IMG/VR virus record: IMGVR_UViG_3300042691_015921
Direction: 5' to 3' (one strand)
DNA length: 64,000 nt
Source of the DNA: a virus
How positions within the stretch are numbered: position 1 is the first letter of the stretch; every line of letters starts with the position of its first letter. Positions 17,306 to 26,747 of the stretch are shown in pieces. The notes below the pieces were generated by a model. It had not been told where the DNA came from and did no database searches. It saw nothing but the letters and a program-made list of their open reading frames with translations. The translations under genes were made by a program, and so were the position numbers.

Positions 17306-18208
17306 TCAGGCAGTCAACGCCATGACAAGGTTCTCTGCCTTGAGAACGCTGGCATCACTACCCGCCTTCAAGATGCGAGCAAAGTCGCTCTTGAATCCGG
17401 CCTTGGTCCGTGCATCGTGCTGCACGTAACCCTGGACGGCATTGAAAGCCTCCCACGCACTAACCTTGAAATCACTCCCCATGTCGGGGCGACCAGTCAG
17501 AACCCGCTCGCGGTAGAGACGCTGGAAAATCGCCTCAGTCCGATTCTTGTGGATCGTCACCGCAGTCTGGGACGCATCCGGGGCGGGCTGACCGTACACC
17601 TGATCCAGAAAACTCACCATCGACACTTCCCGATTCTGGAGGGTCAGAATCAGATCCCCCAGCGTACCCCACGACTGCTTGAGAAGCTGGAACGTCTGAA
17701 TCAGATCGTCCATCTTGCTCCGCAGACCGGAAGTGTGCCGGATGGAAACCGTCGTGCCGCTCACCTTTCGCATGATGTAGAGATTGGAGCAAAGGTCACG
17801 CCAGTACCCCATGCTGGCATGGAAAGCCTGACCATCGTATCCCGCCCGCACCATAATGCGGGGGAAGACGTTATCCGCAGTCCCGTAGACACTCAGACGC
17901 TGCTCCTTGGTGGGGGCAATCGCCACATAGTGACCGTTGCGGAAGTAGGTCTTGCAATCCACCTCCCCGTCGAAAGCCTCTGCGGCAGCATCGACCAGGG
18001 CACACACATCATCCGTCTGGTGGGGAACGTAACGACTGGTCACGCTGCCCGTCCCGACAACCTCAGAAGTGTCAGATCGGAACAGACCGTACCAGGGGGT
18101 GGTCATGCCATCCGGCCCGGCGAGGGGGAACTTGTCCACGCTGAAATCGAAAGCCGCACGAACGCTAGAGGAAACGTCGCTGGCCTGCTGCTTAGTCATC
18201 TTATTCAT
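17306..18208 (-). CDS. DUF932-family protein
   Basis: FRSDT..VVG..VTSRY.PHQ, YDG...R..CSN, SIRHT and SAWEAFNAVQGY motifs. Confidence 0.8.
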   Translation of the reverse strand: MNKMTKQQASDVSSSVRAAFDFSVDKFPLAGPDGMTTPWYGLFRSDTSEVVGTGSVTSRYVPHQTDDVCALVDAAAEAFDGEVDCKTYFRNGHYVAIAPTKEQRLSVYGTADNVFPRIMVRAGYDGQAFHASMGYWRDLCSNLYIMRKVSGTTVSIRHTSGLRSKMDDLIQTFQLLKQSWGTLGDLILTLQNREVSMVSFLDQVYGQPAPDASQTAVTIHKNRTEAIFQRLYRERVLTGRPDMGSDFKVSAWEAFNAVQGYVQHDARTKAGFKSDFARILKAGSDASVLKAENLVMALTA

Positions 18209-18246
18209 CCTTTGTTGGAGTTACTGTCACCGTCACTTGTCCCCGG

Positions 18247-18352
18247 ATTCTACCAGGGTTATCGTCGTTTGCAAGAGGCGGGATTAACTTTTTTTCTCGT
18301 CCCGCGTTCCGCTCGACTCCCCCGATTCTACCAGATGGTATCGACATTGCAA
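18247..18352 (-). promoter_or_regulatory. tandem sigma70-type promoters, 78 bp apart
   Basis: TTGCAA-N16-TAGAAT at 18247-18274 and 18325-18352. Confidence 0.7.
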
Positions 18353-18384
18353 CTAGGGGAGAAGAGTTTTTTTTCGTGATTCTT

Positions 18385-18482
18385 TGGTATGCCGTTTGCT
18401 ATATGCAAATCCCGTGCCGGAAATTAATTCTCGTTTGGCACGATTTTTGCGAGCGGCCCAAAGCGGCCGCTCCGCTGCGGCC
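18385..18482 (+). repeat. sigma54-site/hairpin module, copy 1
   Basis: -24/-12 sites at 18385(+), 18405(-) and 18436(+); hairpin GAGCGGCC-CAAAGC-GGCCGCTC at 18451-18472. Confidence 0.85.
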
Positions 18483-18556
18483 ACTTAATGGGGTTGTATT
18501 AGAGTGCTACCCATTTTGCAACTGTCGGCGGGCTGGGTAGCCCCACCATAATTATG

Positions 18557-18823
18557 TCAGTATGTAGGGAGTTCAGCAATAATCTGCTTGGCAAAAAGAT
18601 GGTTTGGCTGTCCCAAAACGTCTGCTTCTTCAAGATCATCACCCTTGTAACATCCAATATTCATACTGTACGGAAGAATAACATCAAGCGATCCATTGTA
18701 GTCTAAGGCAGCATTGCTAGGACGCAACTGAATCACCAGTTGTTTACCGCCAGGAAAATTGATGATGAAATCGCAATCATGATCTGGTGCTTCTTGATGA
18801 ATCTCAGTGAACTTATAGTTCAT
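18557..18823 (-). CDS. hypothetical protein
   Basis: ORF with an AAGGA RBS. Confidence 0.55.
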   Translation of the reverse strand: MNYKFTEIHQEAPDHDCDFIINFPGGKQLVIQLRPSNAALDYNGSLDVILPYSMNIGCYKGDDLEEADVLGQPNHLFAKQIIAELPTY

Positions 18824-18857
18824 TTCTATTTCCTTAGATTAGAGGTAAAGCTGCCAA

Positions 18858-18930
18858 TGCCCCCACTAGGACTTGAACCTAGAACCTATCGGTTAAAAGC
18901 CGAATGCTCTGCCAATTGAGCTATAAGGGC
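18858..18930 (-). tRNA. tRNA-Lys(TTT)
   Basis: Cloverleaf GCCCTTA...; anticodon loop CTTTTAA; T-loop TTCAAGT. Confidence 0.93.
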
Positions 18931-18938
18931 AACTATTG

Positions 18939-19322
18939 TTAGTTTCTTTCCTCAAGAATGTAGACTTGCCGGTCTTGAGTTACCAGGGTGGCATATTCAT
19001 ATCCGTCCCAGATGAACTCCCCGTCATCACTATCCCGCCTCCAGTGAGGATCGACAATAGGATTATAGAACAAACGCTCCAGATTGTCAACCGGAATATT
19101 TTCAGTCACGATCAATTCCGCACACTCAATCCATCCCGCCACATCCTTAACGCCTTCGGCGTGGACCTTCTTAGCCTTGTTCACCTTGTTAACCAGCTTG
19201 CACTCAAGCATTTCTAGGGAATACTGCTTGGGGTCAAGATACCTAACAGCACTATCCGGCCCACGAACTTGCCACTTCTTGAAGTTCTCACCGCTTTGAA
19301 GATGGAAGCGAACCTTATACAT
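18939..19322 (-). CDS. conserved phage hypothetical protein
   Basis: MYKVRFHLQSGENFKKWQV; GGAGA RBS; promoter TTGACA-N16-TAGAAT at 19342-19369. Confidence 0.7.
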   Translation of the reverse strand: MYKVRFHLQSGENFKKWQVRGPDSAVRYLDPKQYSLEMLECKLVNKVNKAKKVHAEGVKDVAGWIECAELIVTENIPVDNLERLFYNPIVDPHWRRDSDDGEFIWDGYEYATLVTQDRQVYILEERN

Positions 19323-19370
19323 TTCTATCTCCTTTTCCACCATTCTACCATACTTTTAGTGTATGTCAAG

Positions 19371-19442
19371 TGACCCCACGGGGAATCGAACCCCGGTTAA
19401 CGGATTGAAAGTCCGCTTTCCTAGCCGCTAGAAGATGGGGCC
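19371..19442 (-). tRNA. tRNA-Glu(TTC)
   Basis: Acceptor GGCCCCA/TGGGGTC; anticodon loop CTTTCAA; T-loop TTCGATT. Confidence 0.93.
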
Positions 19443-19447
19443 AACTA

Positions 19448-19648
19448 TCACTGTGGCTCCGCAAGAATTGGTGCTTCGCTGTCGTAATCCATATAGTAAA
19501 TAATCGCGTCTTCGATGAGAGGAATCAGACGCTCTCGCATCTTTTTCAATTCATCATTAGAAAGACTAGGGTAGTCCAGAGCCTCTACCCATGACTGAAA
19601 GAACGCATAGTCAATCAGGATCGAAGAAGTTTGTGCAAAATTACTCAT
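19448..19648 (-). CDS. hypothetical protein
   Basis: ORF with start MSNFAQ. Confidence 0.5.
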   Translation of the reverse strand: MSNFAQTSSILIDYAFFQSWVEALDYPSLSNDELKKMRERLIPLIEDAIIYYMDYDSEAPILAEPQ

Positions 19649-19808
19649 CGTTGATTGCCTTTCGATTAGCGGAACCACGGGTTCGTTGACGCTTGGGACG
19701 GCTGTCGTGCAATCCACTCCCCGACCTGTGGGGGCTGTGACCCTTGCCCAATTCCCACACCGGGCGGATATTGAGTTGGATTGGTTCGTATTTGCGGGAC
19801 TTGCTCAT
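19641..19808 (-). CDS. small basic protein
   Basis: MSKSRKY...GSGLHDSRPKRQRTR; overlaps the upstream gene by 143 nt. Confidence 0.5.
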   Translation of the reverse strand: MSKSRKYEPIQLNIRPVWELGKGHSPHRSGSGLHDSRPKRQRTRGSANRKAINDE

Positions 19809-20016
19809 GCCATTTTCCATCGGGGTGAAGGTGATACAGTTTACCACTGTTTGGATTAAATGCAACTTGCCAAGTCATAATCGGCTGTGGCTGTGCATAC
19901 GATTCCTGAACGATTACCTGGGGAGGAAGCATCGGCATCTGCTGATACTGCCTCCAACCATTATACGCCATTCCTACGATTGTCAAGCCAATTCCAATCC
20001 ATTGGATCATAGTCAA
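19666..20016 (-). CDS. membrane-anchored Pro/Gln-rich protein
   Basis: N-terminal TM segment; AGGAG RBS. Confidence 0.55.
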   Translation of the reverse strand: MTMIQWIGIGLTIVGMAYNGWRQYQQMPMLPPQVIVQESYAQPQPIMTWQVAFNPNSGKLYHLHPDGKWHEQVPQIRTNPTQYPPGVGIGQGSQPPQVGEWIARQPSQASTNPWFR

Positions 20017-20210
20017 CTCCTATTAAAACTAGCCCTCGCTCCAAGAACCATGCACAACCACATCGTCGCAAAGAAAGTCTTGATAGTGACCGGGATGCTA
20101 AGACCAAACAGGAGATTCAGACTCCAGATGGTCAAAATCGGACCAAGGACAAGCATCACGATAAAGAAAAGAACCATCAGAAGAATAAGAAAGCCAGTTC
20201 CGTCAGTCAT
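20013..20210 (-). CDS. small membrane protein
   Basis: Two hydrophobic segments; GAGGA RBS. Confidence 0.6.
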   Translation of the reverse strand: MTDGTGFLILLMVLFFIVMLVLGPILTIWSLNLLFGLSIPVTIKTFFATMWLCMVLGARASFNRS

Positions 20211-20437
20211 TTGTTCCTCAAAGTCGGGAGATAGTAAAGATCGTACACTTCTTGCCAAGTCGGCATCTTGTGCCAGGGATCACCCTCATTCACACAGATA
20301 CCATCATTGTCATACACATCATAAAAGTCAACTGTTCTTGAATCAAATCCGTCAGAGTCATCATAGCAGGCGACCACATGAAAGATTCCAAGCGGCCAAT
20401 TGCGGTCGTACAAATACGTCGCCACTTTCTCATTCAT
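20207..20437 (-). CDS. hypothetical protein
   Basis: ORF with an RBS and ATGA overlap. Confidence 0.6.
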   Translation of the reverse strand: MNEKVATYLYDRNWPLGIFHVVACYDDSDGFDSRTVDFYDVYDNDGICVNEGDPWHKMPTWQEVYDLYYLPTLRNK

Positions 20438-20649
20438 CTTCTACTTCCTCGTAGTCCACATCGTGACAGTCACATTCCGTACAGATGTTATTGTCAAACG
20501 TGGTGTAGGTAGTCCCGTCAAGGTGTGCCCAGGCGTCGAAAACAACTTCGCCGCCACATTCCTTACATCTAGCCCACATGGTGTTTCTCCTTTACCCGCA
20601 TGGTGGGGGCATGGCATTGTGCCACACCCCCACCACACAGTCAAGTCCC

Positions 20650-20868
20650 TCACGAACAGGACGGATCGACCATCCGGTCACACCGCAGGGTACGGACCTT
20701 GTTGTCCGCACTACGGATGCGGGCATAGGGACCGTTGGGGCCGAACCCGACGATCTCCACCACGCCGGCGTGGAACTTGAGGACGTTCCGACGACCGTGC
20801 TTGGGGTACTTGCACACAAGACGCTGACCGGCCGAAATCGACAGGCCCGTGAAAACGTTCATTTTCAT
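20650..20868 (-). CDS. small beta-rich (SH3/WYL-like) protein
   Basis: Paralog of 24665-24865 (YP.HG..NVL...GV....GPNG...R.L); promoter at 20902-20929. Confidence 0.65.
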   Translation of the reverse strand: MKMNVFTGLSISAGQRLVCKYPKHGRRNVLKFHAGVVEIVGFGPNGPYARIRSADNKVRTLRCDRMVDPSCS

Positions 20869-20925
20869 TTTCCTTTGTGAAGTGGTACTAACTCTATCGA
20901 CATTCTACACAGAAAACTTTAGAAG

Positions 20926-21210
20926 TCAAGCCTCAACGGGCTGGCTTGCTTCCTCGACAGTCTCGACAGCCTCGACCTTGACCTTCTTCTTCTTCGGAGG
21001 CTTGGGATTGGCAAGGCTCACGCCCATACGCCGCTTCGCCCAAACCTTAAGACCCTGCGTACCAAGATCAGTGATATCGTCAATGTTCACGGCGTCGTAG
21101 GTGCGGCCATGCACACCACGGACAGCCTTAGAAAGACGCTGACGAACATCAATCACATCGACCTCATGACCATCCGACACAATCTCGACCGTAAACGTAA
21201 ACTTCTGCAT
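20926..21210 (-). CDS. hypothetical protein
   Basis: ORF with a Lys-rich tail. Confidence 0.6.
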   Translation of the reverse strand: MQKFTFTVEIVSDGHEVDVIDVRQRLSKAVRGVHGRTYDAVNIDDITDLGTQGLKVWAKRRMGVSLANPKPPKKKKVKVEAVETVEEASQPVEA

Positions 21211-21228
21211 TATTAAAACCTTTCAAGT

Positions 21229-21723
21229 TTAGAACCAATAGGGCCGACACCGACCCTTTTCCCATTTAGCGAACCTAACCTTGTCCCGCCTGTAGTAAGT
21301 CCTATAGGCTTCCACCGCATCAGGATTCCGGTATTCATCCGGCATGGCCTGTGCGAAATCCGTCATTGGGACGTTGGGGATATTATCCCACAAGGTTCCC
21401 ATTCTGTCAATACCTTTCTCGCAAAAATGTTCCTTGCAAAACCTCAAGGAATATTCCTTGCAAAGTTCCTTCCCGTGGATATACGCCCAGGCAAAGTTAA
21501 GCTTGGAATCGCCAACCCAACGGGTACAGGGGTGATTGTGATATCCGCCCGCGAGAGGCTTTCCAGCCTTTGTCAAGGGCATATCCTGATCCTGAACTCC
21601 ATGACGACGGAGAGCAGACCCCATTTGCTGGTAGAGTTCAACCACCATCTTGGGGACATGCTTATCACAGTAGAACTGTGCCGCAATCTTGGGATCGTTA
21701 TCTAGGACGAAGATATTCATCAT
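21229..21723 (-). CDS. pyrimidine-dimer DNA glycosylase / endonuclease V-like protein
   Basis: MNIFVLD.DP..AAQ..CDKHV.KM..E...HNHPCT.W...QAMP..Y...D.V.AYR.YY; promoter at 21741-21768. Confidence 0.8.
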   Translation of the reverse strand: MMNIFVLDNDPKIAAQFYCDKHVPKMVVELYQQMGSALRRHGVQDQDMPLTKAGKPLAGGYHNHPCTRWVGDSKLNFAWAYIHGKELCKEYSLRFCKEHFCEKGIDRMGTLWDNIPNVPMTDFAQAMPDEYRNPDAVEAYRTYYRRDKVRFAKWEKGRCRPYWF

Positions 21724-21800
21724 TTGCTCCTGTGTGACTTATTCTACACTACTTATCGGCCGAGTCAAGCATCTGGGATAAAAAAAAGAAGAATTTTCTT

Positions 21801-21847
21801 TGGCACGGTAATTGCGAGCGGCCCAAAGCGGCCGCTCCGCTGCGTCC
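21801..21847 (+). repeat. sigma54-site/hairpin module, copy 2
   Basis: TGGCACG-GTAA-TTGC at 21801-21815, hairpin at 21816-21837. Confidence 0.85.
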
Positions 21848-21882
21848 CTTACTATAAGGAAAGCAACGGTTTGGCCCTTTGG

Positions 21883-22125
21883 TCACTTGTAAGTGGTTAC
21901 AGCCAGGGTGCAATCCACGATATGATCAATGGTTTCTTCACTCTTCCAATATCCAAACCTATTTTGGCTAAAACACCAAACATTATTAGGTACAATTTCG
22001 GACATAAGTTTGATGTAGACCAGATCATTCCATGTGAAAGTTTCACCAATATTAACAGCCCCAAAAGTAGTCTTAGAAGGACTTCTGACGTTATGCTTAA
22101 CCGTGATCATTCTTATCTTCTCCAA
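21883..22125 (-). CDS. hypothetical protein
   Basis: ORF within a cassette. Confidence 0.45.
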   Translation of the reverse strand: MEKIRMITVKHNVRSPSKTTFGAVNIGETFTWNDLVYIKLMSEIVPNNVWCFSQNRFGYWKSEETIDHIVDCTLAVTTYK

Positions 22126-22369
22126 AAGTGCAACAATCGTAATCCAACAATTCGCTATTTACTTCAAGGATTTCCTTCGTCAATTCACTATCTGGCATTT
22201 GAGAAATAGCCTCAGTCAGATAGTAGTGAAGCATATCCTCCATTTTTCGCATATCAAGACCATCAATGATATTTTCTACATACCTATTGATGATACATGC
22301 ACGGTTGGAACTATTGATTTCAATCGCCATTATCTTCTCCGAAGATGTTATCCCAATGTTCCGGGTCAA
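22097..22369 (-). CDS. hypothetical protein
   Basis: ORF; the true start is probably MAIEIN. Confidence 0.5.
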   Translation of the reverse strand: MTRNIGITSSEKIMAIEINSSNRACIINRYVENIIDGLDMRKMEDMLHYYLTEAISQMPDSELTKEILEVNSELLDYDCCTFGEDKNDHG

Positions 22370-22571
22370 TCCCGCTCATGCACAGTTCACGATCATCGGC
22401 AGATAAATAGGGAAAGCAATCCTGGGTAAGACCGCCATTCAACCACCTATTCATATCCGCCAAGTTGACGGTAACAGTAAACGGCTTTCCGTTAATACTC
22501 TCACCTTCCATCATCAGAATCTTCCCGTTCACGCTGACGGTTTTCTTACAATTCTCAAGGGCGTATCGCAT
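22320..22571 (-). CDS. conserved phage hypothetical protein
   Basis: W..G.L.Q..FPYLSADDRE...SG...E.W...FG pattern. Confidence 0.7.
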   Translation of the reverse strand: MRYALENCKKTVSVNGKILMMEGESINGKPFTVTVNLADMNRWLNGGLTQDCFPYLSADDRELCMSGIDPEHWDNIFGEDNGD

Positions 22572-22574
22572 AGT

Positions 22575-22805
22575 TCACTCCTTATTCCAGCCGGATTGTT
22601 CCATGATATCGTCAACTGAAAAGACTGCGGTCAGTTCATCGGCGGTTTTCTTAGTGCGGAATCCCCTCTCGTCAACAGTCATGAACCTGTCCAGTTCGTC
22701 ATTATCATTCGTCTCCCAGATAGCGGCACAAGCCGCCTCCATAGGAGTTTTGTTAGTAGAGTAGATTAGTTCCAGCGTCCCGCAGTTAATGTAATACTTA
22801 GGCAT
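22575..22805 (-). CDS. hypothetical protein
   Basis: Start moved to MPKYYI (GGAG RBS). Confidence 0.6.
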   Translation of the reverse strand: MPKYYINCGTLELIYSTNKTPMEAACAAIWETNDNDELDRFMTVDERGFRTKKTADELTAVFSVDDIMEQSGWNKE

Positions 22806-23004
22806 TGTTAAACTCCGTGTGGTAGTATTCCATGTCTGTGTCGCAAACCACTTCCGCCTCCCCGTCAGCAAATCTTGCACCACAAACTGGTGTTCCATGC
22901 TTCTCATAATAGCAAGGACTGACGTATTCCTCCGTTCCACAGGATGGGCAACACCATAGGTGTCGGATTTGCCGGTCATTAATTATAACCCAATTCTCAT
23001 TCAT
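22798..23004 (-). CDS. small Cys-rich protein
   Basis: CCPSC...PVC...CDTDM.Y. Confidence 0.55.
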   Translation of the reverse strand: MNENWVIINDRQIRHLWCCPSCGTEEYVSPCYYEKHGTPVCGARFADGEAEVVCDTDMEYYHTEFNNA

Positions 23005-23323
23005 GGCACGATCCTCAGATGATTAATGAGATAAATGATAATTTCAAGCAATTTCCATACACCTAGAGGAAAAACAACAAATACACTAAAAAAAGCCAGC
23101 AAAATCTGTAGATGAAAACTTGTTTCTGACATCATTTTGCCTTTACAGTAATGGTCTGTTCTTCAGTGTCAATCTCTAGGGTCACAATTTCATCATACCT
23201 AAAAAACTTATCAGTCACTTGTTTAGCCTGCATTTCAATATCAGGCGGCAAATCCTGAAAAGCGTAGTATAAAGCGTCAGGGGTTTTCATCATCACTTCA
23301 ATTTTCATAATATTTTATGCCTT

Positions 23324-24028
23324 TCAATGGGAGGGGAATAAGACGTTGGCCAAACCCTTGACGCACATCCGGCAGGCGATATCGTTTTTCGCCCCCGTGC
23401 AAGTAACTTCCGACCGTCCCCGGCGAATCTCCGGGCAAGTGACAAACTTTTCCCCATTCAGGATAACCAGTTTGGGGAGAGACTTCCGCCATGCATCAGC
23501 CTTTGCCTTGCCACGAGGCCGCTTGGGGGCAATCTTCTGGTCCGAATCGCACCATGCGAATCGCTTGAACCCTGCCGCCATAGCCAAACCCATATCTTCA
23601 TGGTTATGGATACTGGCATAGACCGCCATATACTTATCCAGACCGGCGAGAACGTCGTCGTAGATATGAGTATAGAACCACATGTCGGGGAGGTCAAGCC
23701 CATCGGCCAGAATACTTTCGCAAGCCTCAATGACGTTGGCAATGTAGTTGTGGTCGAGTTGACCGTTCAGGAACCAGTCACCCCGTTCATGCCACCGGAT
23801 CGACTTGCCCCGCTTGCGGGCGTCCAGAATCATCGCCCGGATACGATTCTTCTCCGTAATGATATTCTGGAATCCGGCGGGACGGACGGCGGGATACTGC
23901 TTTTCCGATTGTTCAGCATAACAGCCGTTGTTGAGATATGCACACGACGAGGGGCAAGTATCCCCCACGGGGCGAGACACCACAACGCAACCCTTGCCAA
24001 GTTTATCGTTCCCGTCAGCGATTTTCAT
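23324..24028 (-). CDS. GP88-like Cys-rich protein
   Basis: GN.KLG, TCP.SC......CYA, IRWHE.GD, WFYTH and C-terminal CP...C....C..C; GGAGG RBS. Confidence 0.7.
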   Translation of the reverse strand: MKIADGNDKLGKGCVVVSRPVGDTCPSSCAYLNNGCYAEQSEKQYPAVRPAGFQNIITEKNRIRAMILDARKRGKSIRWHERGDWFLNGQLDHNYIANVIEACESILADGLDLPDMWFYTHIYDDVLAGLDKYMAVYASIHNHEDMGLAMAAGFKRFAWCDSDQKIAPKRPRGKAKADAWRKSLPKLVILNGEKFVTCPEIRRGRSEVTCTGAKNDIACRMCVKGLANVLFPSH

Positions 24029-24051
24029 CGTATCCTCCGTTTGATACTTGG

Positions 24052-24158
24052 ATTCTACACTACTTATCGACAATTGCAAGAGCGAATCTTAAACTTTTTT
24101 CTTTTACCCGTCGTTCGCTTGTGTGCCCCGATTCTAGCATAGATATCGACACTTGCAA
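24052..24158 (-). promoter_or_regulatory. tandem sigma70-type promoters, 79 bp apart
   Basis: TTGCAA-N16-TAGAAT at 24052-24079 and 24131-24158. Confidence 0.7.
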
Positions 24159-24190
24159 GCAGAATCTTTCCGGGGAATCTTATTTTCTTT

Positions 24191-24252
24191 TGGCACGATA
24201 ATTGCGAGCGGCCCAAAGAGGCCGCTCCGTCGCGGCCCCTGCCATTTTGGCA
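24191..24252 (+). repeat. sigma54-site/hairpin module, copy 3
   Basis: TGGCACG-ATAA-TTGC, hairpin at 24206-24227 (loop CAAAGA), TGCCATTTTGGCA at 24240-24252. Confidence 0.85.
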
Positions 24253-24664
24253 GGCAATCACTCCTCGTTCAGTACAATAGTGTCGATCCAGCAAGAGAAA
24301 GAATAGCCTTTCCGAGACATTTTCTCTTTCTCCATGCGGGCAATGGCTGTTTTGAGATTTTCATACGCCGCAATATTGAAGTAATAGCCTTCACCATGCT
24401 TAATGATGGCATAGATATTCTTCATTTCACAACACCTTTCTTATGAGGCAAGCTAATCATGGCATAGATATCAACAATGATCGTTCCGGAGGGGAAGTAA
24501 TTGTCGATATCATGGGTCAAGATGCACGTTGCCATTGGGATACTATCATTGGTTTCTTTATAAACCACATAGTAACAGTTCATGATTTCACCTAGAAGAA
24601 AAAGGGTGAGCGGCCCCGCCCATTTGTCAAAGAACGGGTCTTATGGGCCGCTCACGCGGGGGGA

Positions 24665-24865
24665 TCAAAGGGACGCGATGCACTTCCGCAGGGAGAGGGA
24701 GCGAATCTCCCCGTTCTTCTGCTGGACCGTGATGCCCCGACCGTTGGGGCCGGTGAAGCTCCGGACCTTCACACCAACAACCCGACGAAGCACGTTCTTC
24801 GTGCCGTGGACGGGGTAAAGAACAGAAACCGTCCGACCATTGTTCCGCTTGTACAGGTTAGCCAT
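24665..24865 (-). CDS. small beta-rich (SH3/WYL-like) protein
   Basis: Paralog of 20650-20868; AAGGA RBS. Confidence 0.65.
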   Translation of the reverse strand: MANLYKRNNGRTVSVLYPVHGTKNVLRRVVGVKVRSFTGPNGRGITVQQKNGEIRSLSLRKCIASL

Positions 24866-25009
24866 TGTCAATCATCCTTTCGATCTGGGTAAAAGAGAAA
24901 TACTGGATACCACTCTCTCCGACCACTCCAACACGATCCTTGCGAATCGAAACCACCGTACCACTTGGGAGAACAGTCCCAAGTCCAACAATCGGCTTTT
25001 GCTCACTCA

Positions 25010-25330
25010 TCAGCTAACCCTTTCGGTAAAAACTTCCCTCACGGTCCCATCGGCGTAGAAAATCCTAATGTCTGGGCTAGTCCAGCCAAAGCCATTGGCA
25101 AGGTATTGGGCGTGTTCCTCAACGGAGTTGAAAACAATATTGCCATATTCCATCGGGTAGGACTCACCATCATTCCATGGATTATACCAGCGGTCGCCAC
25201 CAAGGCTTTCGGCCTTTTGGACTGCCTCTTCCACGCTATCCGCCTCAATGAACATCAGATGGAAAACATTGTCGTCAGTGATGAAACTACCACCAACGTT
25301 AATCTGGTCGAACTGGAAAAACTTGCTCAT
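25010..25330 (-). CDS. conserved phage hypothetical protein
   Basis: F..F.Q.N.GG.F......IEA.S..EA...AE..G; AGGAG RBS; promoter at 25351-25378. Confidence 0.7.
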   Translation of the reverse strand: MSKFFQFDQINVGGSFITDDNVFHLMFIEADSVEEAVQKAESLGGDRWYNPWNDGESYPMEYGNIVFNSVEEHAQYLANGFGWTSPDIRIFYADGTVREVFTERVS

Positions 25331-25476
25331 TGTTTGCTCCTTATTCCATCATCCTACCACACTACGCGTGAATGTCAAGAGAAAAAAATAAGTTAGTGCC
25401 GTGCTACGCTAAGTCACTTCTGCAAGCAGAAGGCTTCTCTTGCTTTACGATCACGGTCACTAACTATTTTTTAGCG

Positions 25477-25647
25477 TCAGTAGTTATCCTCGTCGTCGTC
25501 CCACGGATCATCCGGGGCAAAATCCTCGTCGTCGTCGCCGGTCATGATATCATCATCATCCAAGAAATCCTCGTCAAAGCCGTCATACGTCGCGGCCTCA
25601 ATCATATCATCATCGTCTTCGTCGTACAGGGGGTCCGGGTGACTCAT
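25477..25647 (-). CDS. extremely acidic small protein
   Basis: 56 aa with 28 Asp/Glu and no Lys/Arg; AGGAG RBS. Confidence 0.65.
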   Translation of the reverse strand: MSHPDPLYDEDDDDMIEAATYDGFDEDFLDDDDIMTGDDDEDFAPDDPWDDDEDNY

Positions 25648-25663
25648 GACATTTCTCCTTTTA

Positions 25664-25867
25664 CTAGATTTGCCAATATCCGTCAACAAACAGGGCGAAC
25701 CTCGGGGAAATCCACACCATACCAGCGTCCCCTACGTGCCCAAGATTGTATTTGACACTGGTAACGTCGGGGAAATACTTTCGGGCCATGTTCATCGCGT
25801 CGAGTCGGTCTTTACCGCAAACAGCACCGGCAAGAAACCCATCCACGAAGACTTCAAGTTTCATCAT
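25664..25867 (-). CDS. hypothetical protein
   Basis: ORF downstream of tandem promoters at 25887-25914 and 25965-25991. Confidence 0.55.
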   Translation of the reverse strand: MMKLEVFVDGFLAGAVCGKDRLDAMNMARKYFPDVTSVKYNLGHVGDAGMVWISPRFALFVDGYWQI

Positions 25868-26022
25868 TTCCGTCTCCCATTTCCTTATTCTACCTTATCG
25901 GCAATCGAAGTCAAGGGGATTCAATCTTTTTTTTCTTTTCCCTACCCCGTTGGGTTGTGCGTTCATTCTACCATAGATATCGGCTTGTCAACTAGGAAAA
26001 TCCACGAAAAAAAGATTTTCTT

Positions 26023-26133
26023 TGGCACGGGGTTTGCTAATGCAAGTCTTGTGCCGAACTTTCTTTTTCGTTTGGCATGGCTTTTGCGAGCCGCCCAAAG
26101 CGGCGGCTCCGTCGCGGCTCTGCCATTTTGGCA
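26023..26133 (+). repeat. sigma54-site/hairpin module, copy 4
   Basis: Sites at 26023(+), 26042(-) and 26073(+); covarying hairpin GAGCCGCC-CAAAGC-GGCGGCTC at 26088-26109; palindrome at 26121-26133. Confidence 0.85.
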
Positions 26134-26408
26134 GGTACTATGGTAATAACACGGCGGGGGAGTGTTACTGTCCTCCCCTGCCATGCTACTATTTACTTTT
26201 TCCCATCTCTTTCTTTTAGGAAGCAGTGTGAATGAGTAGTAAAAAGGCGGGTATAATCACTAGGTTTGCCTCCATACTTTTTAGCCCTCTCCTGTGCAGA
26301 AGGAGTTAGTACAATCTCTTGCTGGCAGATTCTACATTTCATATTGTTATTCCTTGTTCTTGGTTTATTTGTCGTTCACCTTACATCACCTCAGCGTACC
26401 ACAATCGT

Positions 26409-26747
26409 TCACGCTGTCAAGCAATCGCGGTGGATCGCCACCCAATCCTTTGTCACCACCGCTCCGTCCACGAACGGAACGTGATTTTCGAAAAACCATT
26501 CGAAGTTCTTCTGGTAAATGCGGAAAGGACTGTACTTGTTGATCCTGTCCTTTGTGGTATGGGTTCTCCATCCACCGCTCCTGATGGTAGCGGAATCGTC
26601 TGGATGGATCGTCACCACGGGGGTAGCATGGAGGATAATCGCCACACTTCCACAGGGGAGGATTTCCGCACGGGTATTGTTGCCGATTTTGCGGCGACTG
26701 GCGGAAGTCTTACCCTTGACCATCTTCACTGCGTCAATGTAATTCAT
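26409..26747 (-). CDS. conserved phage hypothetical protein
   Basis: I.LH.T.V......GGW.T.TTK.RIN.......QK.F.W pattern. Confidence 0.7.
   Translation of the reverse strand: MNYIDAVKMVKGKTSASRRKIGNNTRAEILPCGSVAIILHATPVVTIHPDDSATIRSGGWRTHTTKDRINKYSPFRIYQKNFEWFFENHVPFVDGAVVTKDWVAIHRDCLTA

Noticed and set aside
17417-18379. 320-aa plus-strand ORF and similar long antisense ORFs at 19744, 23600 and 28746
   Set aside because: They are shadows of real minus-strand genes in GC-rich, stop-poor DNA.
18451-18472. Module hairpin as an ordinary intrinsic terminator
   Set aside because: No copy has a U-tract on either strand, and the loop sequence and position relative to TTGC are conserved.
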